Assembly: GCF_003704095.1 (NCBI RefSeq)
Contig: NW_020844573.1
Location: forward strand, 62,001-126,000
Source of the DNA: Pocillopora damicornis
Lineage: Eukaryota
Reading direction: 5' to 3'
DNA length: 64,000 nt
Numbering within the stretch: the stretch's first letter is position 1; each line of letters begins with the position of its first letter. The translations under genes were made by a program, and so were the position numbers. The notes below the pieces were generated by a model. That model saw nothing but the letters and a program-made list of their open reading frames with translations. It ran no database searches and was not told the DNA's origin. Positions 41,061-53,420 of this stretch are shown here, piece after piece.

Positions 41061-41314
41061 CAGCAGAGTGCCATTCTTTGTCTATCATTTACAACATTAA
41101 CGCTGCAAGAGCCATGTTTTATTACATACAACTTGGAGTTTTTTCAATTCATTGCACATTTAACTACATACTGAGTCTCATTTGACCACTTAAGAACTAG
41201 AAAAACACGGTTGAAGCTACAATCCTCAGGTAGGTTGTATTTAGAGTAAGAATGAATATTGTGATAGAGTAAGTCCTTTGCTACATTACTGCACTTAACA
41301 ACACATAAAAAAGA

Positions 41315-44300
41315 TTAAGGGCAGCATGGGCATCTATAACTAGCACTATTTCTAAACAATGGAAAAGAGTTCACTGGCACATCAACAGGCACATGTCTCC
41401 CAGACAACATGTATGTACCAACTGATTTTCCTAATGTTCTTGAAGGAAAACAATCCACTTCATCCACGATGGTGTTATATTTATCAGCATATGCGATTAA
41501 TTCACCATCAACATTGTCTGTAATGTCCACACCACTGTCTACCGAAACATGTCGCACAGGAGGAATGTACTTGCATATGCTGTCTGGGGGGACCTCTTCA
41601 TATGCACTTGCGAAAGTGTGTCTTGTTCTTTTACGCTTTGTCGGCATGCATAATTTTGGGCCTTTTTTCCTTCGTTTTCTCCTTCCAACATTCAGTTCAT
41701 CCAAGCCAATTGTGACACTTGTTCTTGGTTTGGGTCTATTTGTTTTAGAGTAGTACTTGTGAGCAGGAATAGCAGCTGAAGTGTCTACCCCATCAGCTCT
41801 GTCAACTGTGTGTAGGTCAACTGAAATCAAACAATCAATCTCCTCCTGAAAATTCTTTGCTGCTTCGCCTTCCTCAGAGGGTGGCAGCACTTTTGGTGAA
41901 GGATCATTATCAACATCAAGGAATGTGTCTGTAAGAAAAAGAAGAAAAAAATAAATTTGTATTGAAAAACACTTAAGTGGCAACTTGAGAGGTAAATTAA
42001 CCAGGCTCAACAGCACCTAAATTATAAACACCCCTTGGGTAAGTTATTGTTTGGTCACCTGCAAAATCAAATTACCAGAATAAGAAGAGTAACTTGATCA
42101 ACCAGTAATCAAAATATTTGCTTTCACACATACAGAATCCTCTGTCAACAAAAATAATAATGCAGGGTTTAGACTGTCTCCAGTTGTGTCATAACTAAAT
42201 ATTTGAAGTTTTGCAACTCTCTTGATGAGTATGATGAGCAATTAGAGATTACTAACTGTAATATAATCAGTTTTTGTGAGCTTTCTACTACAGTTTGTTG
42301 ACCTGTGCTTGTGAACAGAGATAAGTAAAGTGTTGAAATGTTACATCTTCTCTACCAACCTGAACGTCTTAAAACCAGAGCTCAGCACACTCATTTACAA
42401 GAAGCATAAAAAAACTAAGGTCTGCAAATACATCTAAGCACATGTCATGTGAACATTCAGACAACATTTACCTGTCATTCGTCGTGCCAGTCTCTTCAAT
42501 CTTTTATCTGTTTCTCTAAAACTGTACTTCTGTTTCTTGTCAACAGTCTTAACCTTAGACTTGAAGGCACCTTCACCTCGTCTGCAAGCCAAATTTGGAA
42601 GCAATATTAGGTACTTTTTACAAACAGCTTGGAATTATCAGAAAATCTCATTTGCCCCTTGGGATGGACCAGCAAGTAAAAGTTAAAAGATTTCTGTCTT
42701 GGTGGTCCAATTTCTACTGTTTGCCATGAAGCTTGAAATTCGAGCGAAATCGCACCATCCAGAAACCAAAGGAACTCTAATTTATGATCTAATAAGATTC
42801 AGCCTGGAAAAACTATTGTCTTGAACTTTTTAAGAAACCCAGTCACACTCTGTTTTCATCTTCCTCCATTTCGACCAATCTTACAAATTAGCCTGTTGTT
42901 CTTAATTTTCCTTGTGGCTACTTACATACCACTGGGCAATCTTGTGGCTGAGATGAGCCCTTCAACTAGCCAGGGATCAACTTAAATAACCCACATACAA
43001 TTGTGCAAAACATGTAAAATGCCAAAATACCTCTCACACGTCACACATTCACAGTTACAGTTTTTGTCACCAAAAAAGTCATCACCATAGTGACAAGTAA
43101 TCTCTTCTCCAGGCTCAAGGTCTCGTAATACCTTAACACAGGCAGTTTCTCTACCAGTGGACACAAACTGATACCAGAGGAAAAAAAAAAAAAAAAAAGA
43201 TGATGCATTAGACCAAAAAAAGCACAATTTAACTTTTAAAGTGGAGTCACATTGGTGCAAAAATTGAAGTCCTTTGAAAAGGAATTTTACTCGAGGTAGT
43301 CTTGTTTCTTAGACTTTCTAACTAATGATAAATAGCTCAGTTTAAAACAAAAATTCTTAATATACTCCCAGAAGTTCAGTAAAAGTTTTGTAAATTTAAA
43401 AGTTTACTGTCATGGTGTTACAGAACATAGTATTATGTTCTTTGGGTTATTCTACAGAGGCATGAAAGAAGCTCACCTTGCAATTGGGACGGCAGTCTGC
43501 AATAGAAGAAAACACAAGTTACAGACTTAAACTTGTTGCATTATTTACATGAAATTTACACGTAACTCCATTTATCAGTCAGTTGCTCTTACAATTTAAA
43601 ATACACATGACAACAGCATAGTGAACAAAATAACCTTTGTTGTAAGCAAATACCTTACAGTGAAAGAAAGGGTGTGAATGGTTTTCTTTAGGTGCAGGCC
43701 AAAAAAAGAAAGGGCACAAAAATGAAGAACCAGTCCTAGCACATTTCCTTGAGTCACTTAAAATGAAATTTAAAATGCAGCACTTAAAATGCACCATATT
43801 TTAATTCCAACACCTGTTATGCACATTGTACAAAACAGAGGTCAAGGATAAAAAGCACATCACTGTGCAGTACTTTACTGGTCGTGTAGCTGCAAATAGC
43901 TGAGTTTTTCAACACTGCTATGACAGATACCATATGCTTCTCACACAGGTTGAATTAATAGCTAAATTTGACTACATTTTAATGCCAGGATTTGTAAACT
44001 GTCTTATAATTTACAAATATGTTTTTACCATGGTTAATGTAGGCTGCAGGACCAAGCCAAAGCTGTGATAGATTTTTCCTACAGGAGAACATGATACTGA
44101 AGTCATTCTCTCCTGGGCGGAGTAACTTCTTTTCCTCCTCCTCATTCATTTCTGCAATGCATCCACACAGATAAGGCAGCTTGTCACCTTTATTCCTGGG
44201 GAGAAATTGAAATCTTTTAAGCACCAAGAATGATCACAGCATCAAATATCTCCACAAACAAATTGCACATGATCATGAATAACGGTCATGAGAATGAAGA

Positions 44301-46650
44301 AATTGATCAGCAAAGAATAATGACCCCCAACCTTAACGCTTCTAACTCTTAGCATGATAAGCATTAAATTTCTCCCATGAATATCACCCCTGAATCAAAC
44401 ATTAAGGTCATGAGAATAAAGGAAATGATCACAAACTGATAAAAGGCTCTTTTTGTTAGACAAATAATGGTGGTTTCTCCTTGAAAGTACCATAGGGAAT
44501 GTTAGACAACAGTATGAAGAACTTACATATTACTGATTTTAGGGTGTGGTGGGAAAATTCTAACAGCTGCTGTTTCAAGAATAACATCTACATCCTGACA
44601 GTAAAAAACTTTGAGGGATTCATGGAAATGATGTTAACCTTGAGATAATTTGAGCCAGCCATCTCTTTCAAGTATTACACCATGTTTGTCAAATGAAATA
44701 AATTTGACGTTTGACATTTATCTTAGACAAAAATCCCACCAAAATATTCATTACTGTAACATAAATTGTATGTGGTTGCTCAAAGCCTGCACAAGACAGC
44801 ATAAGCCTTAAGAACAAAATTCCATGAAAGAGCTTCTGGAATTCTCCAATAACATTTTGTAAACAATTAGAAAAGATTTAATCATAACCTTCTCCTCCTG
44901 TACTGAATCTTACTTACCATTCACAAGTAGCCACCACTTTTGCTCCATTATCTTCTCCTGAATAACGACTGCAAGGCACAACTTTGTAACCAGAATTTTT
45001 ATTGAATATCCCAATGTATCTGAAGACCTACAAGTAAACCATAAGGGAATTTCTGACGAAAAATTAAAGAAAATAGGAAGGATGCAAAGAAATGCTTAAA
45101 AAATATTTCTAATGGAGTTAAATAACAATTAATCAAAATGCAAATAGAGAAGAGCATGGAAACTATTTTAGGATTTAAAGTTAGTTACAGTAAAATAAAT
45201 AATGTGGTACACATGTGAATAAAAAAAATGACTAATGTCATTTAAATTTATTCAGAGAATTCAAAACAATGTAGCTTGAGAATTTCTCAATCTCCAGTGC
45301 TTTCTAAACACTCTGAAAGAGTCCTCTTCAGCTTGACAGCAAACATTTGCTGATCATACCATCAAACATGATAATTGAAGATGACAGAAGTTTAAGTTAC
45401 TTAATGTCTTAATCTGTGTACATGCCAAGGGACTCCTTGATGCAAAAAGACATGGCTTGTTCATCTTATAACAAACAGCCAAGTCAAAACAATTTGTAGT
45501 TGAAAAAAACACAAAGAAGGAGAGAAATGGCTGATTCTATGCTTTTCAAATTCATATCAGTTACACCGTTGGTAAAGTGTTCATTGGGTGGCAAATAGAT
45601 TAATATTGCATGCTGCCAGATCATCAATGTACTCTCCATGGCACTGTGCTATTTATCAATCCATTTGGAGAACAAAGATTCAAATAACTGATGCTAAGAT
45701 TACTTGGACCGCAAGCCTGGAGTTCTACAGAGAAATTTAAGCAAAACAACTTCAAGGTGCAATCTACATCTTAACACTTTTGTTGGACATGTCAGGTGTA
45801 TACTGTACAAAAATTTATCCCAACATTTTCTCACTATGAAAATTTGGCAGAGGTATTAAAGCTTAGATATCGAACACAATGTACTGCCCTAAAAGGAAGT
45901 AATTGGCAAATGGTGAACCGTCGATCTGCATCACAGCGAAATTATTACGTCATTAAACTAATCCCAACTACCATTATGGCTACGGAAGTGGGAGGGATGT
46001 GGAAAGCGAAATTCTTAAAATTCAGAAAAACATACTTGAGAAAGGGAGAGGACGAATATAAAACTACAAAAATATATGTATAAAGACAGTTAAAAAATCT
46101 ACGCTGAGCCTTGAAATAATCTGTAGAACCGATTTCGCATAAATTAATTAGGAACGCACAAAACTTTTGACCAAAGATCGTCGCACAATGACGAACACGC
46201 GCTTAGACAGGAAGATTGAATGCGAAGAGCGCATTGCAAGTTTGACAGTTGTTCTCAGTGTCTTACACTCCTTAAAACATCCAAATCTAAAGCGAATTTG
46301 ACGGTTTTAATATGCTACTTTGATTAAAAGTCTCTTCCACTTACATGTTCTTTGAAAGCCGCAATTTGAGGTTTAGATTTAGTGATGAAGTAACATCTTC
46401 CCCAATCCCCGGCGTTGAAGACGATTTCGTTGTAGGCTTGTTCCAAATCCCAATCCTGACGATATCTTTCAAGCGCCTTCTTCACCACTTCTTGATCGAC
46501 TTTAAGAGGCCGAAATCGTGCTGCCATTTTGTGAGTGGTAAAGCCAAGCATAGAGTCCAACACTAAACTACTTGCAATGTCGTCGCTTTCGGCAAGTTGT
46601 CGTGCTTGCGTTGGCGATCCTGTTTTTTGCGATTCGTTGTTCATAACCAT
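41315..46650 (-). CDS. KMT5B: Histone H4K20 methyltransferase SUV4-20 (KMT5B/C)
   Basis: Exons about 46650-46345, 45027-44918, 44196-44029, 43496-43477, 43168-43031, 42582-42472, 41928-41315. Motifs [96 protein letters not shown]. Confidence 0.96.
44335..44550. mobile_element. Second dispersed MITE-like family; related pieces at about 29170-29331 and 63924-64000
   Basis: Shared core aatatcacccctgaatcaaacattaaggtcatgagaataaaggaaatgatc at three loci. The 29k copy ends in agggttaa. Confidence 0.65.
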
Positions 46651-47654
46651 CACTTTTTCCTTTCAGATTTACCACTGGATTTACTGACCTAGATATCGTC
46701 CTACAAAAACCGGGAAATACAAAGCTTTAACCCGTGAAAGTTGTCTACGAAACGACGAACATTTTCATATTTCCAAGCTTACGCGTAGCGACATTTTTCC
46801 GTTATTAATTTACTAGTCACGTGACACGCTTGCGTGCGTTTCACGAGTAGTACCCAACGGGGTGGGCTGGGTGGACAACTCATAGACTGAACGTCACAGA
46901 AGGTAACCCAACACCCAGAAAGGGAACAAGATCGGTAGTTTCCTTGAAAAGCTTGCGACGTCTAACCTATTCTGCCTAAAAATAATTTGTCTCTTTGATA
47001 TCATCATTAATTTGGAGAAGATGATTTTGAATCCTCTTATTGTGGACCAAACTATGACTGAGATTGTAATTTTATCTACATCAGAGGAACTTCGGAAAAA
47101 TTTTGAGCAACTCTTTCAGTAATTTTGAACGTTATCTGCGATATATTAAATAATTTTGTAGAATGCTCTACATCTATCTATGGTTATGGGCACCATGACA
47201 AATTGCATACAATTATGTTGAGATTATATCAGTTCAGCTCCTGAATGGCACTTAAAACAGGGTTTCGCTTCAGCACAAATTTCGCGACTACGGAAATTTG
47301 ATTTACTGCAGTGCGGGGAATTCTAAACTTCTATAACCTCTTGCATTTCAAATTACCTATTGATTTACTCTTGTAATTAAACATCCTAAGATTGAAATGT
47401 CGTTTTCTGACATGACCAGTCTTTGTTCCAAGTGTCCGACTTTAGAAATTGGTCCGGCCATCACTGATAAAGATATTTAATCTACTTAGTTCCTACGTGA
47501 AGCCGTACCCTCCCCCCCCCCAAGGTAAAACGCTAGCTTCCGGGGGTCAGGGCTGGCTGCGGTACACAGATTAACGAAATATGTGATATACAAAATACCT
47601 CTTCTGACTAAAGGTATGTTCCATTTCGTCGTCATTTCGTAACCTACGTTTGCC

Positions 47655-49871
47655 ATGGAGTCGCTTTTGAGGAATCTCGAAAAATATGTCACTTGTTCGA
47701 TTTGTTTGGATAATTTAACCAAACCGAAGACCATAGCTTGTCTTCATACTTACTGCTTGAAGTGTTTGGAGGAACATGCACTGAAAACCCAAAGACAAGG
47801 ACAATTTCGATGCCCAGATTGTCAAGCGGAAGTTAACATCCCTGAAGGAAATCGTTTCGATGATTTGCCGACTGGTTTTCTGCAAAACAGTTTGTTGAGT
47901 CTTCTCGCTGTACGACAAAGTGGCGATGGAAGTCAGATAAACTGCGCTATTTGTAAGAAAAAGAGCGTTGAGATCAGCTACTGCTTCGCTTGTGAAAAAT
48001 TGCTTTGTCGTGATTGTGCAAACGCACACGAATTGTTTAGAGAAACTGCCTTAAAAGGATACAAAGTCACAGCAGTCAAACAGTTTCAACCTGCAGACTA
48101 CGAGACATTGTTGAAGCGACAATCCTTTTGCTCTCAGCCTTACCACGAAAGAAAGTTAATGAAGTTTTTCTGTCTTGAATGTAAAGCTTGTGTTTGTCAA
48201 ATCTGCATAAATACTGATCACAAGAGTCATGATGTTGATCCGCTTGAAAAAGCAGCGGATGAAACGAAAGTCAACATCGTGGCGGCAGCCGAGTTGTTGA
48301 AAGAAAAGAGAGAAGTTTGCAACGATGTGATTCGTGAATACGAGGAAGCGGCCTTTAAACTGGATAGTAATATCAAGAGTGCTAAATTTGAAGTCAGCCA
48401 AGCAGCAGAACAAATGGTCGCGAGAATTCGACAATGCGAGCGAGAAGCCATTACCACCCTCGAGAATACACGCGTGTCGATCATGGACAAATTAAATTCC
48501 CTAACCAAACAAGTACAGTCTTTGGCCAAACAACTCGAACAAGCAGTTGAATTCGCTGATAACCTGGTTCAAAGAAGCTCAATTTCAGATATCATGCAAA
48601 GCAAGCAGAATTTGGAGCAGCGTTTTGAAGATCTAAAAAAAACCCAGATCCCATCAGCACTTCCGGTCAGTTCATTTATCAAGTTTGTCTCAACTATTGC
48701 ACCTGACAGTTTCAGCCTGGGTTTCGTGACAACCAATGAAACAGATGTACATGGATCCACTGTTGAAGGGCTCACTGAAAATTTTCAGGCTGGTTTAGAA
48801 GCAGAGTTTCTGGTTTGTCCAAAACTGAAGAACAATGGGGAACTCACAAGCAAAGCTGAAGGAAAATTTCACGTTGAAGCATTTGTTGAACCTTCTATAG
48901 ACGTGGCTAACTTGACTACCGTACACAAGGAAACTGAAAATGTTAGGGTAAAGTTTGTCCCCAAAATACCAGGCCCCTACAATATCACAGTGAAGATAAA
49001 TGGAGACAAACTTGTTGAAAATCCATTTACAGTTCAAGTGAAAGAACGACGGATTGACATTCTGGGCGAGTTGCAATTGAAAGGGGAAATTCTCCAAAGG
49101 CCACATGGGATCGCTGTGAACAGTAAAGGACTAATCGCAGTAACTGACAGCGGAAAACATTGTATCCTGATATTCGATAAAGAAGGTAGTTTTGTACGAA
49201 AACTTGGCTGTCGTGGAGAGGGTCCTGGACAGTTCTTTAATCCAACTGGAGTCACATACCTGAATGATAACGAAATTCTGGTAGCAGATGAATTGAATCA
49301 CCGCATTCAACAATTTAATGTACAAACCGGGAACTTTGTGAAAAGCTTTGGAAAATATGGAGAAGGAGACGGCGAGTTTAATCGTCCCGTAAACATTTGT
49401 ATAAATGATGAAGGAAATATTGCTGTAGTTGACTCTTCAAACAGAAGAGTCCAGGTCTTTACAACAGATGGTAAACCTGTGCCGAAATTTGGAGAAAGCG
49501 GCCCTGGTAAGTTCACTGCTCCTACTGCATGCATTTATCATAAACAAAAGTTGATACTATCTGATGGCTTGGGCGGTTGTTTAAAAGTACTCGACAGTAC
49601 GGGGAAGTTTTTGTATGAGATTGGAGAAAAAGGCAAAGGTGATGGACAGCTGTCATTCCCTTGGGATTTGTGTGTTGAGAAACGTGGCGATCATTCGAAT
49701 CTCCTGGTATGTGATAAATGGAATGGTCGCATTCAACAGTTTACGATGGAAGGTCGCTTTACTGGTAAAACTTTCGAGAAGTTAAAACATCCAGTTGCAA
49801 TAGCCGTAACTCCAGATGGTCGCATTTTGGTATGCGATGGCAATGCCAAAAAAATATATGTCCTAATATGA
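47655..49871 (+). CDS. Intronless TRIM-NHL E3 ligase (RING, 2 B-boxes, coiled coil, filamin, NHL repeats; TRIM2/3/71-like)
   Basis: 738-aa ORF: RING CSIC...CLHTYCLKC...CPDC; B-boxes CAIC...CFAC...CRDC and FCLECKACVCQIC...HKSH; filamin-like FVPKIPGPYNITVKING; NHL repeats PHGIAV, GQFFNPTGV, GEFNRPVNI, GQLSFPWDL. Confidence 0.96.
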   Translation: MESLLRNLEKYVTCSICLDNLTKPKTIACLHTYCLKCLEEHALKTQRQGQFRCPDCQAEVNIPEGNRFDDLPTGFLQNSLLSLLAVRQSGDGSQINCAICKKKSVEISYCFACEKLLCRDCANAHELFRETALKGYKVTAVKQFQPADYETLLKRQSFCSQPYHERKLMKFFCLECKACVCQICINTDHKSHDVDPLEKAADETKVNIVAAAELLKEKREVCNDVIREYEEAAFKLDSNIKSAKFEVSQAAEQMVARIRQCEREAITTLENTRVSIMDKLNSLTKQVQSLAKQLEQAVEFADNLVQRSSISDIMQSKQNLEQRFEDLKKTQIPSALPVSSFIKFVSTIAPDSFSLGFVTTNETDVHGSTVEGLTENFQAGLEAEFLVCPKLKNNGELTSKAEGKFHVEAFVEPSIDVANLTTVHKETENVRVKFVPKIPGPYNITVKINGDKLVENPFTVQVKERRIDILGELQLKGEILQRPHGIAVNSKGLIAVTDSGKHCILIFDKEGSFVRKLGCRGEGPGQFFNPTGVTYLNDNEILVADELNHRIQQFNVQTGNFVKSFGKYGEGDGEFNRPVNICINDEGNIAVVDSSNRRVQVFTTDGKPVPKFGESGPGKFTAPTACIYHKQKLILSDGLGGCLKVLDSTGKFLYEIGEKGKGDGQLSFPWDLCVEKRGDHSNLLVCDKWNGRIQQFTMEGRFTGKTFEKLKHPVAIAVTPDGRILVCDGNAKKIYVLI

Positions 49872-50219
49872 ATGATTATATTATGGTTCCGAAAATGGAA
49901 AAATGTAAACAGGAATGAGAAGAAAATCTGAAACTCTCACTTTTATGTACCGAACAGCAATTTTTTCTCTGAATTTTTGATATATTAATGAAAAATATTC
50001 AATTCACCCATCTGTATTTCTCAAATCATTGATAAGCCGTGGTTAGACCGAACTGTATCAATGAGTAGTGAATTTGCTGGAATGTTTACAAGTTGTTTAA
50101 AAAGATTCGTAATGCAACCTATCTTCAAAAATATTGAAAATGAACTCTGGCCGTCATTATGGATGCAAGCAGGTGCGCCCGTGATCCTCTCAACCAAGAG
50201 CACCGAAACTCCTTTGGAC

Positions 50220-50820
50220 GAAAACTTGGCTGTCTTGGAGAGGGTCCTGGACAATTCTTTAATCCGACTGGAGTCACATTCCTGAACTATGACGAAATTC
50301 TGATAGCAAATGAAATGAATTACCGCATTCAACAATTTAATTTACAGACAGGAAACTTTGTGAAAAGCTTTGGAAAGAATGGAGAAGGAAACGGCGAGTT
50401 TGATAATCCCGGAGATATTTGTATAAATGATGAAGGGCATGTTGTTGTACCTGACTTTTTAGCTATAGAATCCAGGTCTTCACAACAGATAGTGAACCTG
50501 TGTTGAAATGTGGAGAAAGCGGCCCTGGTAAGCGTGACATTCCTGTTGGATGCATTTATCACGAACAAAAGTTTAACATTATCTGACGAGGACGGTAGTT
50601 GAAAACTACTTGTCAGTTCATGGAAGTTTTTGTATGAGATTGGAGAAAAAGACAAAGGTGATGGACAGTTGCTCTGTCCACCACGAGAAATGAAAATCTG
50701 AAACAATCACACCTATATACCGGACGGCAATTTTTGTTCTGGATTGATTTTATCATATCAGTTAACAATATTTCATCCACTAACGCTGTTAACTCAAATA
50801 TCATTGATAAATCACCTTTA
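50220..50820 (+). pseudogene. Decayed partial tandem duplicate of the TRIM-NHL 3' end
   Basis: 50220-50670 aligns to 49200-49650 (gaaaacttggctgtc..ggagagggtcctggaca..ttctttaatcc) with a frameshift near 50460 and a TTA>TGA change near 50600. 50685-50820 resembles 49915-50040. Confidence 0.9.
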
Positions 50821-51091
50821 GCCCGTGCTATAGAGGTGGTTATGGAAATTGTTGAAATTTTCATAAATCACAAAAAGAGATCCGTTAGGCACCTGGAACC
50901 TTTCTTCAAAATAGTTTGAAAATGAAATTTTTCATTGCTCCTCAGTATGGCTGTTATCGGGTGCCCCTGCAATCCTTTCCACGGTGCGCACCAAAACTGC
51001 ATAGGAAGAAGCTAAGGCTCCTCTCTCTTTCCTTTAACTAGCACTTTATTTTTCGCTTTTGCACATCCCTGGTTCAACATTTTGAAATATT

Positions 51092-51463
51092 ATGCGTCGA
51101 TCAATTCGAAGCTTCAACATTCACCCCCCTAGGAACCTCCTAGGCTCAAATTCCTGCAACCCCATTCCACCTGGTCAAGATTGCGTTCAAATGCCCCAAC
51201 CACTTTTCAACGATTCTTTGCGAGATCAACGAATAGATTAGTTTTACCAAGGATAAGTTTTTGGTGTTACTGTTAGGTTTTTTCGTTTGTAAGTATCATT
51301 TTGCGATGTGAATTGTCTTTCTAAGCCGTTCGCTCACGAAAGCACACTTATTACCTTAAGAGTCCTTCAAATGCACCACTCCGGGCACAGATGATAATCA
51401 AACACTGTTGGGTTGCCCGGGAGGGGGAAGAGAACGTTGAAACTTCGAATTTTTGAGCGCACT
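51092..51463. mobile_element. Non-autonomous TIR element
   Basis: Imperfect TIRs atgcgtcgatcaattcgaagcttcaacat / acgttgaaacttcgaatttttgagcgcact. Confidence 0.65.
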
Positions 51464-52394
51464 AGAATAGTAAAAGGTGATGGGAACATTTTGTTGTGAT
51501 GTTCCTTATTAAGCCGAAGTTTCTACAGAAATAGTTAGAGGACTGAATAACACAAGGAACCTGTGGAGATTCTTGCTTTTAAAAAAAAATTCTTATTTTA
51601 CGGAAAAAACTGTTATATTACTCAACCGAAAAAAGCTGGACAGTAGAAACTTATAAAGAGATGCTGCACTAGATTATTTGACTATCTAGCGTCGTGAGAA
51701 GGGTCTCCCCTTCAAGGAAAATGAGCACATGTTAGGCACTTTGTAGAAGACGAGTCGTTCTAGTCTACAACTAAGTTAGTGGCTTGTCAATGAGCTTATA
51801 TTCATTTTATTTTTCGTGTGATTGATTTACTTGGAATGTATTTCATTGACGAATTATATATATATCAATTACGACGTGCCCGCCTAGCTAGATTTGCTCA
51901 GACTACCAGCGGGTCAATTTCACTTAATTTCCAACATTATTTGTTTGTTAATAAAGAATTAATCTTTCGTGTACATGGTACTGGAAAGTGAATCATGTTG
52001 TAAAGAGAGGCTTAGGTTCCTCAGATAAAACTTCTCAGTGATTTATTCGACCAAAGAAAACCACGATGTGACCTCTTGTCGACGGGACAGCCGCGTTCAT
52101 ATATGATCTCCGGAACAGTAGGAATAATTTTGCGCGCGTACAGACATCATTTTTCACGCGCGTAAATCGCCCTCCGTTCTTGCCTCGGGCTAACTTCCGC
52201 TCGTCTGAAAAACGCAAAGAATATTGTCTCTACCGCAAGCTCTCTCTCTCTGTTTCTTTTTAGCGGAGAGGGAGAAGCGCAAGCTTCTCTTAAGGGCGTC
52301 ACGCGAACGTACTGACGTCGTTGGGGTCATTGATATAAAATTATTGTCTTTATGTGATCCCGACTGATTTAGTACGCTAAACAAAATTTTGTGC

Positions 52395-52542
52395 TCAGAC
52401 ATGGTTTGATGCTACTCTGGTTTACAGATTTAACGAATATAGCCGAAAAAGTTACAATTCATAGACCCAACGTTTCGACACTTCTTTCTAGTGCCTTCAT
52501 CTAGTGCCTTCGTAAACCAGAGTAGCATCAAACCACGTCTGA
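52395..52542. mobile_element. Inverted repeat enclosing a truncated hammerhead-like motif (Penelope-like remnant)
   Basis: 31-bp arms 52395-52425 and 52512-52542 with one mismatch. The minus strand of the loop reads tAGATGA-aggcac-tagaaagaa-gtgtc-GAAAC-GTT. Confidence 0.6.
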
Positions 52543-52619
52543 TTGTCCACCTGGTTGCCATGTGAAGTTTAATATATCCCAAGATTTTTCCCTTTTTTGC
52601 GTTCAAAACAAAAATGGAT

Positions 52620-52886
52620 TCTCTGAAATCAGGGGGAGTGTCCTAAAACGGACGAAAGCGTTCAAATCAAACAGAAGACTCTAAAAGCACACGATGACTT
52701 CTTAAATTGGACAAGTGTCTAAAGTCGAATAATAGCGTCCGAAATCGGATTAGAGCTTCGAAATCGTTCGGAATCGTCCAAAAACAGACGTAAGTGTCCG
52801 AAAGCTGACGAAAGAGTTCGAATCCGGGTGGAAGTGCTCAAATTCGGTCCGATCTGTCCAAAATCCGCCGGAAGCGCACGAAATCA
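52620..52886. repeat. Degenerate array with a 10/20-bp period (consensus about tgtccGAAAtcggacgaAAg)
   Basis: Units such as gtcctaaaacggac, gtccgaaatcggat, gtccaaaaacagac, gtccgaaagctgac; AA/AAA recurs every 10 bp. Confidence 0.75.
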
Positions 52887-53215
52887 GATGGCGCCTTTTA
52901 ATATTGATATAGCAGCTCAATGAGACGGAGACATCTCTCACTCACGAGACTTTCCGTCGATATTAATACGATTTTTTACTTTGGAAATAAACTCGACCTA
53001 TTTGCAGAGAAACTGACTTTACTTGTCTGAGCAAAAATTCGAATTTAAAACATTTTGCATGTGTCACACCGCCTCTAAAAATCGAAGTTCTTATTCTTAC
53101 TTAGGGAAATCTCATTTGCTTTTTCGTCATAGTGTCTAGTTGTTTAAGTAGGTTCTGACTTTTAAACAACAATGTTTTGCAAGTAAAGCAATAATACATT
53201 TAGAAGAGCTGACAT

Positions 53216-53420
53216 TGAGCGATTGCAGAAAAGGCCTGGAATAAAATCCAGGCTTGAATCGGATTGGAACCCATGCTCCCCAGATACTGTTACTAGTTGG
53301 GCAGAGCTGGGCACCTTTTAGAGGGACCTTGTTTCCCCGTGGAAGGATCTAATCATAACTTCAATGAAATGAATTCAGGTGGACCTGTGTATGAAAACCA
53401 AGTAAAGCAATGATCCTCGC
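53216..53420 (-). mobile_element. Degenerate tRNA-SINE-like repeat
   Basis: aggcctggaataaaatccaggcttgaatcggattggaacccatg contains a reverse B-box-like motif (GGTTCCAATCC) and resembles a common coral repeat (recall). Confidence 0.45.

Noticed and set aside
47715-49534. Several antisense ORFs over the TRIM gene
   Set aside because: Shadow ORFs of a long coding sequence.
52620-52886. CRISPR-like repeat/spacer appearance
   Set aside because: Eukaryotic context, no identical repeats with unique spacers, no cas genes.
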